A DNA stretch of 64,000 nucleotides from Leucoraja ocellata. Its lineage: Eukaryota. Under the pieces are notes generated by a model. The model saw only the letters and a program-made list of their open reading frames with translations, ran no database searches and was not told the origin of the DNA. The position numbers and the translations under genes are program-made. Positions within the stretch are counted from its first letter, which is position 1; each line of letters begins with the position of its first letter. The stretch lies in assembly GCA_036785375.1 (NCBI GenBank), contig JAWMAR010000105.1:5456001-5520000 (forward strand), given 5' to 3'. Of the stretch, positions 27,181-39,139 are shown in pieces.

Positions 27181-27467
27181 GCAGTCGGCTAGGTTTCCCA
27201 TGCTCTCCCTGTTTAAAACAAACTTCAGCCCAAATACAATTTATAATTGCACAATTTGATCTTTAATCATAGACTCATATAGAACTGAAACAGGCCCTTC
27301 GGCCCACCATGTCCTTGCTGCCCATTGTACCTACTTGCACTAATCCAATTTCCTGTACTTGCATAGGTTCATAGTCTACCATGTCTTAGCGATTCAAGTA
27401 TTTGTCCAATGCTTCTTAAATCATGAGAGTTTTTCCCTCTGCCACCTCTCAGGCAAAGACAATGTGC

Positions 27468-27642
27468 AGGAAGGAACTGCAAGTACTGGTTTACACTGAA
27501 GATAGACAAAAAATGCTGGAGTAACATAGCAGGTCAGGCAGCATCAGACTGAAGAAGGGTTCCGACCTGAAACGTCACCTATTCCATTTCCTCCAGAGAT
27601 GCCGCCTGACCCGCTGAGTTATACCAGCATTTTGTGTCTATC
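27468..27642. mobile_element. Inverted pair of Penelope-like termini, hammerhead core at 27549-27576
   Basis: Minus-strand terminus fused to a plus-strand terminus beginning ctgaagaagggttccgacctgaaacgtc. Confidence 0.6.
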
Positions 27643-27993
27643 CACGGAAGTGTGTGACTTGGAAAACTGTCATAGCGTGGAGTGGTTTTCCCAGGGATTC
27701 GCTGATCCGGAGGTCGTTGCATTTTGCAAGCAAAATCTTGCACAAATATTTAACGTGCAGGAATTTATTGGCAGGAAGTGAGAGACTTGAGAAGATCCTG
27801 GGAAAATATCTTCGATGCTCAGAGCGAGGACAGTTGTCTTTTCCGAATTTCAGAGGCTATTCCCAGGCAGCTTAGAATAGAATCAAATATTTATGGAGCA
27901 GGAGACCATTTGGCTCATCCTCCCTTCGCTGGCCCCAAGGGACCGTTTAGTCCAAGCATTGCTCCTTTGGCTTGAGTTCCTGAAGTGGTCTTC

Positions 27994-28246
27994 AGTTTAG
28001 TTTAGTTTAAAGATACAGCACAGAAACAGGCCCTTCGGCACACCGAGACCACGCAGACCAGTGATTCCCGCACGCTAACACTATCCTACACACACAAGGG
28101 ACAATTTACATTTTTACCAAACCAATTAGCCTTCAAACCTGTACGTCTTGGGAGTGTGGGAGGAAACCGGAGCACCCGGAGAAAACCCACGCAGGTCACG
28201 GGGAGAACGTAAAAAATCCATACTGACTGAACCCATAGTCAGGATC
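27994..28246 (-). mobile_element. V-SINE (5' truncated)
   Basis: Tail and V-domain on the minus strand. Confidence 0.82.
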
Positions 28247-30785
28247 AAATCCTCATTGCCGGCCAAATCCCTGGATCTTCCAAATAAAGAGCAGTGCGGG
28301 GAGAAGGCAGGAAAATGGGGTTAGGAGAGAGAGATGGATCAGCCATGATTGAATGGCAGAGTAGACTTGATGGGCCGAATGGCCAAATTCTACTATTCCT
28401 TATGACCTTATGAATCCCATCACCACCTGGACAGCAGAGGCTCATGACGGAACACAACCGTCTCTTCTCAACGGCAAACAGAGATTGGACAATAAAGGGC
28501 CTGTCCCACTTGGGCGTCATTTGCGCGTAATTTACGTGACATCATTTACGCGCGGATGGTGCGTGGTGACGTAGGCAGTGACACACGGTCACGCGCGCGT
28601 CCCAGGAGCCAATTAACCTGCAAACCTGTACGTCTTTCGTGTGTGGGGGTAACTGGAGCATCCCGGAGAAAACCCACGTGGTCACAATGGAGAAGGTGCA
28701 AATTCTGAAACAGACAGGATGAAACCCCGGGCCTCTGGCGCCGTAAGGCAACAACTCTACTGCTGCACCACTGTGCCCCCTTTGTTTACCTGACAATATA
28801 AGAAACTCAAGGAATGAAATGCAATGATCCTGACTCCACTGGTTCTGCACTCATAGGTTATGCAAAAGGCATATTAACACTCTCCTTGATGATCAAGCAG
28901 CAGGGTGGTATTCTATTTATACCAAAGATGATGAAGTAATAATTCCAATTCAAAATTGAACCATCAAAGCGAAAATTCATCAGCGTGCTTTGCCATTATC
29001 TTTACTTCACCATTTTGAGCTGGGCAGTGAAAGCACTCTCTCTTCCCATGGTGCATAAATGGACGCAGAGAGCGTTTATTAGACACATGCTGGTTAACAC
29101 ATCTACACCAAGTCACAATGTTTCCATGAATAAACCTGCTGCAGGCATAGTCCTCGTGGATTGTCATGGGGCCTGTCAACACAGATCACAATGGCCTCAC
29201 AGATCTTTTCAATCTGCATTCTACTGGCAAAGCACATCTGTTTGGGCTCTGAACAACTTTCATGTGAACTGCACCGTTGACCTGCGAAGTGAAACAAAAG
29301 GGAGTTGATGGGACGTGAAAGTGGATAAGTGGGAGGGGTACAGGGGAATGGAACAAATGTGGCCCCTTCTATAGGGGCTGCCAGAGACCTGATGGGCCAA
29401 ATGGCCGGCCTCTGCGTTGCTTTGAGGATAAGATGATTTTTCTCATATTTCCCTACACACTAATGGAGATAATTTGTCCCATCTGTGGGCCAAAGGGCCT
29501 GTTTCCGCGCTGTATCTCAAAGGTAAAGGTTAGAAGAGAATGGGAGCAAGGTGTATGGAATGGGAGCAGGCTGGAAAGGTGTATGGATTTCATCTGTGAA
29601 ACAAGGAACTCCACCAGTAATGTGTTCACACTGAATTGATATTCAAGGCACCATGTATTTGCTTGCTGATCAAGGTCTTTAAAATTGAATCTGAAGGATT
29701 TCCTGCCTTTTATTAGAAAACCTCTGCATTTTACTGACAAAGCCTTGCAATATAAACACAAACCCGCGCGCCATTTTGTGCCCAGTGTCCTGTAGAAAGT
29801 CTTGAAAATTAGGCACAAACTTGTCTCCGAATGAAAAATAAATGTCATCACCATCTGTACCCAGAAGAAGTCAGAGAACTATGGCAGCAAGATTTACCAT
29901 TATGGAATGTCAATACAAGTACATCCATCCCAGAACAAACACATTGCACCCACCAATGTTATCTCTTCATGTTCATAGGTTGTAGGAGCAGTGTTAGGCC
30001 ATTCGGCCCATCAATCTCACAAAGCACTAGGTGCACATTTAAGGAGAGTGATGGGTGGTCAAGGGACATTGAGTTAGTGAAGGATAGTGGCACTGAGGTA
30101 AAGTGTAACCCAAGATTTCGTTGAAGATTTGTCTTACAAGCCCAGTTGCACAAACACTTTGCTACTGCAGAGCACTTTTGCAACAGTGCAACACTTTTCA
30201 CTGTACCTCGGTACATGTGACAATAAAGTCAAGTGAAGTAAACTAAACTAAACTAAACTGCAGCATTTGGACGGAGCTTTCAGAGGCCAAGAGAGGGACA
30301 ATCGGCCTCCAAGCTGCTTCATGGGAGGCTAATGAAACCAATGTTAAAAAGCACAACAAACCATTAAACCATTAAAGACGAGATGAGGGCACTTGAAACT
30401 GGGAGGCAACAGAAAGAGAATTAAAGGTTAGAAGGTAGTGGGGATATAGGGGGATTCAGGAGCACTAGATCTCGGATAAAGTCCAGTAAAGTTTTATCAA
30501 AGATAGTCCGAGGGTCTCCAATGAGGTAGATAGTAGATCAGTACCGCTCTCCAGTTGTTGGTAGGATGGTTCAGTTGCCTGATAACAGCTGGGAAGAAAC
30601 TGTTCCTGAATCTGGAGGTGTGCGTTTTCACACCTCTATACATTTTGCCTGATGGGAGAGGGGGCAAGAGAGAGTGGCCAGGGTGAGACTCGTCCTTGAT
30701 TATGTTGCTGGCTTTGCCGAGGCAGCGTCACTGGAAGGTTGTTGGGGTCTGAGGGTTGGGAGAAGCAGGCAGTGTGTTGGTGTGC

Positions 30786-30945
30786 AAGAAGGAACTGCAG
30801 ATGCTGGCTTAAACCGAAGATAGACACATAAAGCTGGAGTAGCTTCTTCAGACTGAAGAAGGGTCTCGACCCGAAACGTCATCCATTCCTTCTCTCCAGA
30901 GATGCTGCCTGTCCCGCTGAGTTACTCCAGCATTTTGTGTCTATC
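30786..30945. mobile_element. Inverted pair of Penelope-like termini, hammerhead core at 30853-30880
   Basis: Palindromic junction cttcttcag-a-ctgaagaag; intact CUGAAGA...GAAACGUC. Confidence 0.65.
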
Positions 30946-31184
30946 AGTGGTTTGGTGTATTAGAGAGGGAGCATCAGATCAGGAACATGAGCGGAGAGGC
31001 AGGGCAAGGCAGGGAAATGATGTGTCCATCTCATCCCCAGCTTCAACTGACAAGACTTATATCCTCCCAGGGATAATGAATTATCCTGAAGTTCCTCCTA
31101 CCTCGTTATAATTTTGTATTGTACAATATGAATTTTACAATATACTATTTTTAAATGAGGAGATTCTTTCTCCTTTTCTCTGAG

Positions 31185-31590
31185 AGTCGAGATGTTTTAT
31201 TGTCATGTGTCCCAGATAGGACAATGAAATTCTTACTTGCTGCAGCACAACAGAATATGTAAACACAGTACATAACGGGAGAAAAGTTCATTGTATACAG
31301 TATATATACACATGCACGCATACTCAATAAATCCACAAATATAGTGCAATGATAATAATAGTCTGTTGTAGTTCAGAGCTTATTTGTGGTCGTGTTTAAG
31401 AGCCTGATGGCTGTAGGGAAGAAGCTGTTCCTGAACCTGGACATTACAGTTTTCTGGCTCCTGTGCCTTCTTCCCGATGGCAGTGGTGTGGGTTTCTGGT
31501 GATGTTGGCTGCCTTTTTGGGGCAGCGACTTCGATAGATCCCTTCGATGGTGGGGAGGTCAAAGCCGGTGATGGACTGGGCAATGGTCTG
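31185..31590 (-). mobile_element. Rex1/Babar-like LINE 3' fragment
   Basis: AQSITGFDLPTIEGIYRSRC.KKAANI...; ...RFRNSFFPTAIRLLN-type ending. Confidence 0.7.
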
Positions 31591-31719
31591 CATTACTTTT
31601 AAAACACAAAGTACTTGTGCTGTAACATCAGGAAACATGCTCAACCAAGAAAACCAAGCCCAATGACAAAGTCGCATCTAAACTACCCATATACCAGCAG
31701 CATATACCGATGGCCCGGA

Positions 31720-32015
31720 GGTAGTGTGTTGCTGCCTTCCAGCGCCAGAGACCTGGGTTCAATCCTGACCACGGGTGCTTGTCTGTACATAGTTTGTACC
31801 TTCTCCCCGTGACCAGCGTGGGTTTTCTCCGAATGCTCTGGTCTCCTCCCACACTCCAAAGATGTACACATTTGTACGCTAATTGGCTTGGCATAATGGT
31901 CAATTGTCCCGAGGGTGTGTAGGATAGTGTTAGTGTGCAGGGGTCACTGGTCGACGTGGACTCGGTGGGCCGAAGGGTCAGTTTCCGCGCTGAATCTCTA
32001 AACTAAAATAAACGA
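31720..32015 (+). mobile_element. V-SINE
   Basis: Head, core and tail. Confidence 0.85.
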
Positions 32016-32607
32016 AACACACTTTTATTGCAGCGTCTAATTCATCGCACTGTCTCACGGCAAGCAAATGCAACTTTCTCATTCTGTTGAGATGTCACTG
32101 CGCATACCAATTAGGAAAACACAAGTCTGCCAACTCTTACGAATTTCCAGGATTTAATTTTGCTTAAACCAACCTCTGTCATTCACAGTTGTATAGGGAG
32201 TGATTTACTGTGTGGCAGTGAAGGCAACTCATTCACAGTACTCGAGCAGGTCCATTGTTCAGTTGGCATTTATCTCACTGGAGTGTTGCATTATGCAACA
32301 ACATTTTTAATCCCCTTCCTTACGCTGCAATATAAAACCTCAAACTTCTTCACCACCTGGTAATTATTTCAAAGCAGAGCATGGAAGTTCCTCCAATACT
32401 AATGTTCCAGAATATATCTATCGCTTAACTGCCAGAGTTACAAGAACAAATGACCGACCACAATCATTCATCTCATTGTGACTGGCTGTGGAAAAACGGG
32501 CTGTTGTGTTCTCTGCTTTAGAACAGTCACTGCGCTTCTGTAGCACCCTAAAGGACTTTACAATGTCCAAAGAACGAAATATCGTGAGCAGTTTTTGTCC
32601 CTATAAT

Positions 32608-33112
32608 CTGTGGAAGGATGTGGTGGCAATGGAGAGGGCCCAAAGGAGGTTTACTAGAATGATCCCAGGAATGATTGGGTTAACACATGATGAGTGTTTT
32701 ACAGCCCTGGGTCTCTACACTGCTCACGGGAGTTTAGAAGGATGAGGAGGTACCTCATTTAAACTTACCGAATCGTGAAAGATCTGGATAGCGTGGATGT
32801 GGAGAGTATGTTTCCACTAGTGGGAGAGTCTAGGACCGGAGACCAGAGACTCAGAATTAAAGGACGTACCTTTAGAAAGGAGATGAAGAGCATTTTCTTT
32901 AGTCAGAGGGTGGTGAATCTGTGGAATTCATTGCCATGGACGGCTGTGGAGACCGTCAATGGATATTTTTAAGGCAGAGATTGATAATTGATCAGTAAGG
33001 GTGTTAGGGGTCATGGGGAGAAGGCAGGAGAATGGGGTTGAGAGGGATAGTTAGATCAGCCATGATTGAGGGGCAGAGTAGACTTGATGGGCCGAATGGC
33101 CTAATTCTGCTC
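32608..33112 (+). mobile_element. CR1 3' fragment
   Basis: KDVVAMERAQRRFTRMIPG...; FFSQRVVNLWNSLP. Confidence 0.85.
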
Positions 33113-33581
33113 CGAGAAGTAAAGAACGTATGAACTGGGACCAGGGATATCGAATTATAAATAGTTTCAGCAGAAGAATCTTGATTGGATATTGGGAAAA
33201 GTTGGATTTTTCCCCGATGTGTCAAGCTTCAGGATGAACCACAATGTGGACAAATGAAGTGGTCTGAGGTTGTCCCTCACTCCACATCCCTGCGTAGTCT
33301 GCAGTGTATCATGACATGATCGATAGTGCACTGTAACTGCTGCATTCTGGCTCAACTCTGCAAGTCTCTGTGTGACCACTGTTGTAGATAAAGGGATTTC
33401 TCTACCAGCTGGGTGTTGAACTCTGCTGCGTGAGTACAGGCATTGAAAGGACAGGAAGGATGCAGAACGTCAACGCCTTTGTGAAGACTGACCGCTGTGT
33501 GACAATGATTCTCAGGAACAAGACAGAGTGCACAATGTGAGAGAAAGCACTTGTCCTTGCTTGGCTTCTGACTTAACCATT

Positions 33582-33905
33582 TCATAGAGTCATACAGCAT
33601 GGAAACAGGCCCTTCAGCCCAACTTGCCCATACTGGCCAACATGTTCCAGCTACACTTGTCCCATCTGCCTGCATTTGGCCAATATCCCTCCAAACCAGT
33701 CCTATCCATGTACCTGTCTAAATGTTTCTTAAACGTTGGGATGGTCCCTGCCTCAACTACTTCCTCTGGCAGCTTGTTCCATACACCCACCACCGTTTGT
33801 GTTAAAACATTGCCTCTCAGATTCCTATTAAATCTTTTCCCCTTCACCTTAAGCCTATGTCCTCTGGTCCTCGATACCCCTACTCTGGGCAAGAGACCAT
33901 GTGCA
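33582..33905 (-). mobile_element. CR1 3' end
   Basis: SRTRGHRLKVKGKRF...WNKLPEEVVEA. Confidence 0.85.
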
Positions 33906-33989
33906 TTTTGTGAAAGAGTTTTTAAATAAATGCAAGCCACATACCCAACATCCTCCCCCCCACCCCCACACACTTTTACTTTTATATAA

Positions 33990-34290
33990 AGTACAGTGGC
34001 GCATGGATGGGTAGAGTTGCCACCTTACAGCAGCGCCAGACACCCAGATTCAGTCCTGACTGCGGCTATTGTCTGTACAGAGTTTGTACGTTCTCCCTGT
34101 GACCTGCGTAGGTATTTCTCCGAGATCTTTGGTTTCCTCCCACTCTCCAACGGCGTACTGGTTTGTAGGTTGGTATACGTGTAAAATTGTCCCTAGTGTG
34201 TGTGGGGTAATGTTAATGTGCGGGGATTGTTGGTCGGTGCGGTCTCGGTGGGCTGAAGAGTCTGCTTCCGTGCTGTGTCTCTAAACTAAA
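33990..34290 (+). mobile_element. V-SINE
   Basis: Head, core and tail. Confidence 0.8.
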
Positions 34291-34394
34291 CGAAAAATTT
34301 ACAACAAGGGGTCACAAATAGACCTTGATTCCACTGGTAACGATTCCACTGGTAACAATGAATAAGACAGGATGGAAGCAACAATCTGGGTGAA

Positions 34395-35145
34395 AGGTAG
34401 ACAAAATTGCTGGAGAAACTCAGCGGGTGAGGCAGCATCTATGGAGCGAAGGAATAGGTGATGTTTCGGGTTGAGACCCTTCTTCAGACTGATGTGGGGG
34501 TGGGGGGTGGGGGGAGGGGGGTGGGGGGCGAGCGGGAGGGAGAAAGCAAGGACTACCTGAAATTGGAGAAGCCAATGTTCATACCGTTGGGGTGTAAACT
34601 ATCCAAGCGAAATATGAGGTGCTGCTCCTCCAATTTGTGGTGGGATTCACTCTGGCCATGGAGGATGCCCAGGACAGAAAGGTCGGATTCAGAATGGGAG
34701 GGGGAGTTGAAGTGCTGAGCCATGGGAGATCAGGTTGGTTATTGCGTACTGAGCGGAGGTGTAGGGCGAAGAGATCGCCAAGCCCACGCTTGGTCTCACC
34801 GATGTAAAGCAGCTGACACCTCGAACAGCGAGTCCCACCGCAAATTGGAGGAGCAGCACCTCATATTTCTCTTGGGTAGTTTATACCCCAGCGGTATGAA
34901 CTTTGACTTCTCCAATTTCAGGTAGTCCTTGCTTTTTCCCTCTTTCCCCTCCCCTTCCCAGCTCTCCCACAGCCCACTGTCTCCGCCTCTTCCTTTCTTC
35001 TTCCCGCCCCACCCACCCCCACATCAGTCTGAAGAAGGGTCTCGACCCGAAACGTCACCTTATCCTTCGCTCCACAGATGCTGCCTCACCCACTGAGTTT
35101 CTCCAGCGTTTTTGTCTACCTTTTTTCAGCATCTGCAGTTCTTTC
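34395..35145. mobile_element. Penelope-like element: two GIY-YIG 3' ends plus termini in inverted orientation
   Basis: Minus copy ~34395-34825 and plus copy ~34830-35145, both encoding ESHRKLEEQHLIFRLGSL.P.GMN.DFSNF; hammerhead cores at ~34460-34487 (minus) and 35029-35056 (plus). Confidence 0.75.
35029..35056 (+). ncRNA. Minimal type I hammerhead ribozyme core
   Basis: CUGAAGA-A-GGGU(CUCG)ACCC-GAAACGUC, with the palindrome ACGU in place of helix III. Confidence 0.65.
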
Positions 35146-35684
35146 TTAAACAATCGAGGGTGAAAGGATAGGTTTGGGCCTTCTGCCAAATTAGAGCTTT
35201 GTGTGATTACAGTGAATAAGTAAAATAGAAGCTCCAAAACAGATTAGGAGCCACGACATGATGTCCTGTTCTAAGACCCAGCTGCCAACTGGTTCGGAAA
35301 TTAAATATTCCAGCTAAAAAACTCTAACGAAAGGATAGGGAGACAGGAAGAAAGGTAGATTATTAGTTAATGCAATTTTGAGTGGGTATGAATTTTTTTT
35401 TCCACTGCAGATACCAGAATTACGATGCTATTAAGGGGGTTTCTAGGTAATGGTAAACAATCAGCTGAGATTTTTTGTGAAAAATTACAAGGGATCTTAC
35501 TCAGTATTGGAATCTGCCTGAGGTCCTGTAATGCTGCATTAAAACAGCGGAGTGTATGAATCGAGAGATAAGAACGCTCCCTTCAGCAAAAATCATTCCT
35601 GCTTTTAAAAGAGACATTAATTTTCATCTACATTGGCCAAAGCCAAGTAATTTGTCAAGAAGCTTATGTGCATCTTGAGTGCAC

Positions 35685-36112
35685 TTATAGACACAAAATG
35701 CTATTATAATTCAGCGGGTCAGGCCGCATCTCTGGAAAAAGGAATTGGTGGCATTTCATGTTGAGGCCCTTCATCACACGGAGAATCAGGGGACAGGGAA
35801 ATGAGAGATAGATGTAGATGGTGATATAGAGAGATACGGAATAAACTGATGAAAGATATGTAAAAAAGTAATGATGATCAAGGAACGGTGGAGCCCACAA
35901 TGGTCTATTGTTGGTAGTGGGCTAGGTGATAACGACTTATACAACCAATGAAACTCAACAGGACGACATTGAAACTAGTGCAACGACTAGGGTGGAGGAG
36001 GGATGGAGAGAGAGGGGATGTAAGGGTTACTTGAAATTAGAGAAATCAATATTCATACCGTTGGATTGTAAGCTGCCTGAGCGAAATATGTGGCGCTGTT
36101 CCTCCAATTTGC
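35685..36112 (-). mobile_element. Penelope-like 3' fragment
   Basis: GIY-YIG C-terminal remnant (KLEEQ.HIF..GSL...GMNIDFSNF) plus terminus. Confidence 0.65.
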
Positions 36113-36355
36113 ATATATGTTAGTTTTCTGAAACAATATTTTACAGGATCAATGGGAGATCATACTTAGTAATGAACCAGATGTAGTTAATAACCAAATA
36201 AAGGGAGTTTATCTAACTCTTATCAAAACATGATTGAAGCCACCACAAAATATAAAAGGAAAAATAAAACACAGTTATTAAGATTCCTGAGGAAGAACAT
36301 AAAGTGCTGGAGTAACTGAACAGGTCAGGCAGCATCTCTGGAGAACATGGATAGG

Positions 36356-36810
36356 TTTAGCTTAGTTTAGTTTAGTGTCATGTATACCAAGGTACAGTGA
36401 AAAGCTTTTCTTGCGTGCTAACCAGATAGCGGAAAGACAATGCATGATTACAATCAAGCCATCCACAGTGTTCAGATCACATGGTAATGGGAATAAAGTG
36501 AATAACGTTCAGTACAAGATGAAGCCAGAAAATTCCGATCAAAGATAGTCCGAGGGTCTCCAATGAGATATACAGTAGTTCAGGACTGCTCTCTAGTTGT
36601 TCGTAGAATGGTTCAGTTGCCTGATAACAGCTGGGAAGAAACTATCCCTGAATCTGGAGTTGTGCGTTTTCACACGTCTATACCTTTTGTCCGATGGGAA
36701 AGGGGAGAAGAGGGAGTGGGCGGGGTGTGACTCGTCCTTGATTTTGCTGGTGGCCTTGCCGAGGCAGCGTGACATGTCAATGGAAGGGAGGTTGGTTTGT
36801 GTGATGGGAT
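36356..36810 (-). mobile_element. Rex1/Babar-like LINE 3' end
   Basis: ORF 36593-36775 IKDESHPAHSLF...SRFRDSFFPAVIRQLN. Confidence 0.75.
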
Positions 36811-37618
36811 GGAGCAGTTTTGTGTCGAGACCTTTCTTCAGACTTGATTTTTGGTTTGGTGAGGCTACCTTTAAAACAAAAACCAGAAAAGTAACTTTAG
36901 TTGTTATCAGTTAACATTCTAGCTGAACAGTATTGATCGATTAAAAAAATATCTCCACGAAGAGTAAGTTATGTACTTGTCAGATGTCACAATGGACAAA
37001 CGAGGTGAGAGTGAATGGAAAATGACGGGAAGGTGCATTCAGAGGTGTAAAGAGTAATCGAGGTCCACAGAACTCAGAGGGATGGAAAGATTATAAAAGG
37101 AAGCTAATAAAGGGGTGATTCACTGGTCACGTTACCTCAGCCAAGGTGCAGAGGGGCCAAATGGGCTGACCTGCCATCATCTAGACCCAAGCTGTGAGGT
37201 GTGACGAGGTCAGATCCAGGTTTGTGGTGACAACTAGGCCTCTGCCCTTGAAACCCTCTGACAGGAGGCGCTGCGAGGGCTGCATCCATCCCTTTAGTCA
37301 TGGTTGAAGTGGCGCTGGAGAGGTTCTTGCTGCTTGGTGGAGCTCCTGTTAATCCTGGTGCTACTGATAGTGCTGCTGCTGCTGCTGCTGGAGTCCCTGC
37401 TGTTCCTCAACCTGCTTCTGACTCTTTTGCTGGTGGCACAGCTTAGATGGTGGAATTCCAGCTTCTAGTCATGTCTGAGCCTCATCTGAGGCCTAAAGTG
37501 GCAGCATGAGGCACACCCTCGGTAAAGGATTAGAGTTGCAGTGTGCTAATTAGACGTACAAGCCTCTATAATTGTTGAAGTAAATTCTCAATGCAAACCC
37601 ATTCAACAAACCTTTTAT

Positions 37619-37897
37619 TTTAGTTTAAAGATACAGAGTGGAACCAGGCCCCTCGACCCTTGAGCCCACGCTGACCAACAATCACCTGTACACTCATTCT
37701 ATTCTACATACTAGGGACAATTTACAGAGGCCAATTAACCTACAAACCTGCATGCGTTTGGAATGTGAGAGGAAACCGGAGCACCCGGAGGAAACCCACG
37801 CAGTCACGGGGAGAACGTACAAACTCAGTACAGACAGCACCACAATCAGGATCGAACCCGGGTACCTGGCACTGTAAGGCAGCAACTCTACCGCTGT
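37619..37897 (-). mobile_element. V-SINE
   Basis: Full element on the minus strand. Confidence 0.85.
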
Positions 37898-38505
37898 GCT
37901 GCATAATGGGCACATTTTCCCGTCATCTCTCCAGCTCCTCGACTGTAACTCTGTTGTAACCTTGCTCTTACTGTGAGTTCCAGGAATCGTGGGAAGTTCC
38001 TGGAGCCACAGTTTAATTGCACCAGCCGTATTGCTATCACTCTAATTGAATGATGAGCAGAATGAAACTGACAACACGTTATCCCAAGTGATTTGCCTGC
38101 AGACTGGAGTCCTGCAGTTGGATGCAAGGCTGGAGCCAGCTTCCTGATGTCCTCTCTCACCTGGATTTCACCCCCTCTTGCTTCCAAACCAAGCACGAAG
38201 CCAGCAAAAATCATCCGTTTGTTTACATCAGTAGAGGAAGAGGATATTACAGCTGATGCCACAGGGAAACTAATTAATCAAAGAAGGCAACTCGTTAAAA
38301 TTAAGTTTAAGCGGAAAACAGCAATGAAATAAATAACGGAAAATCAAAGACTACCAATGTGGGAAATCTGAATAAAAACAAGAATTGTCGGGATACTCTG
38401 CAATTTCCCGTGGTCTTGGGCAGAGCAATTGACATCACGAGCTGTGATGCGTCTGGCAGGAACTGTGCGGAAAGAAACAGAGACAGTGTTGAAAGTTCAA
38501 CAACT

Positions 38506-38834
38506 TTAGACTAGACTTTAGAGATACAGCGCGGAAACCACCCACCGAGTCCGCGCACACGCGCGATCACACTGTACACTCACACTATCCTACATACTAG
38601 GGGCAATTTACAATTTTACAGTTGTGCTAAATGGGATAGACACAATTTTACCAAAGCCAATTAACCTACAAACCTGTACATCTTTTGAGTGTTGCAGGAA
38701 ACCAGAGCACCCGTAGAAAACTCACGTGGTCACAGGGAGAACGTGCAAACTCCATACAGACAAGCACCCGTAGTCAGGATTGAACCCGGGTCTCTGCGGC
38801 TGTAAGGCACAAACTCTACGATGCACCATTGTGC
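38506..38834 (-). mobile_element. V-SINE with a small internal insertion
   Basis: Consensus interrupted at ~38620-38642. Confidence 0.8.
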
Positions 38835-39139
38835 CAGAATAGTAACGGTGAAAAAACACACATGCGTTTAAGTTGCAGTTAAAGTTTGGGGTAGGGGGGA
38901 GGTCTTCTATTCTCCCTTTTGCAATCCCCTTGCTGGCTAGGAATGGGGGGTATACAGGAGCATGTGGTTACCTTGGAGCTGGTGGACATTTCTGTTGCTG
39001 CTGATGATTGGCAGCACGTCAAGGGCTTGAGCTGCCCGGATCTGAGTCTATCCCATTTAGCACACTTGTAAAATTGCACAATACACTGGATAGTGCCCTC
39101 AGTGTGAAAGCCTACTCTCCCACAGCATAGTTAGTCACC

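Noticed and set aside
38155-38262. Minus-strand ORF segment ending in CAG|GTGAGA
   Set aside because: Plausible donor but no acceptor, homology or partner exon to support it.
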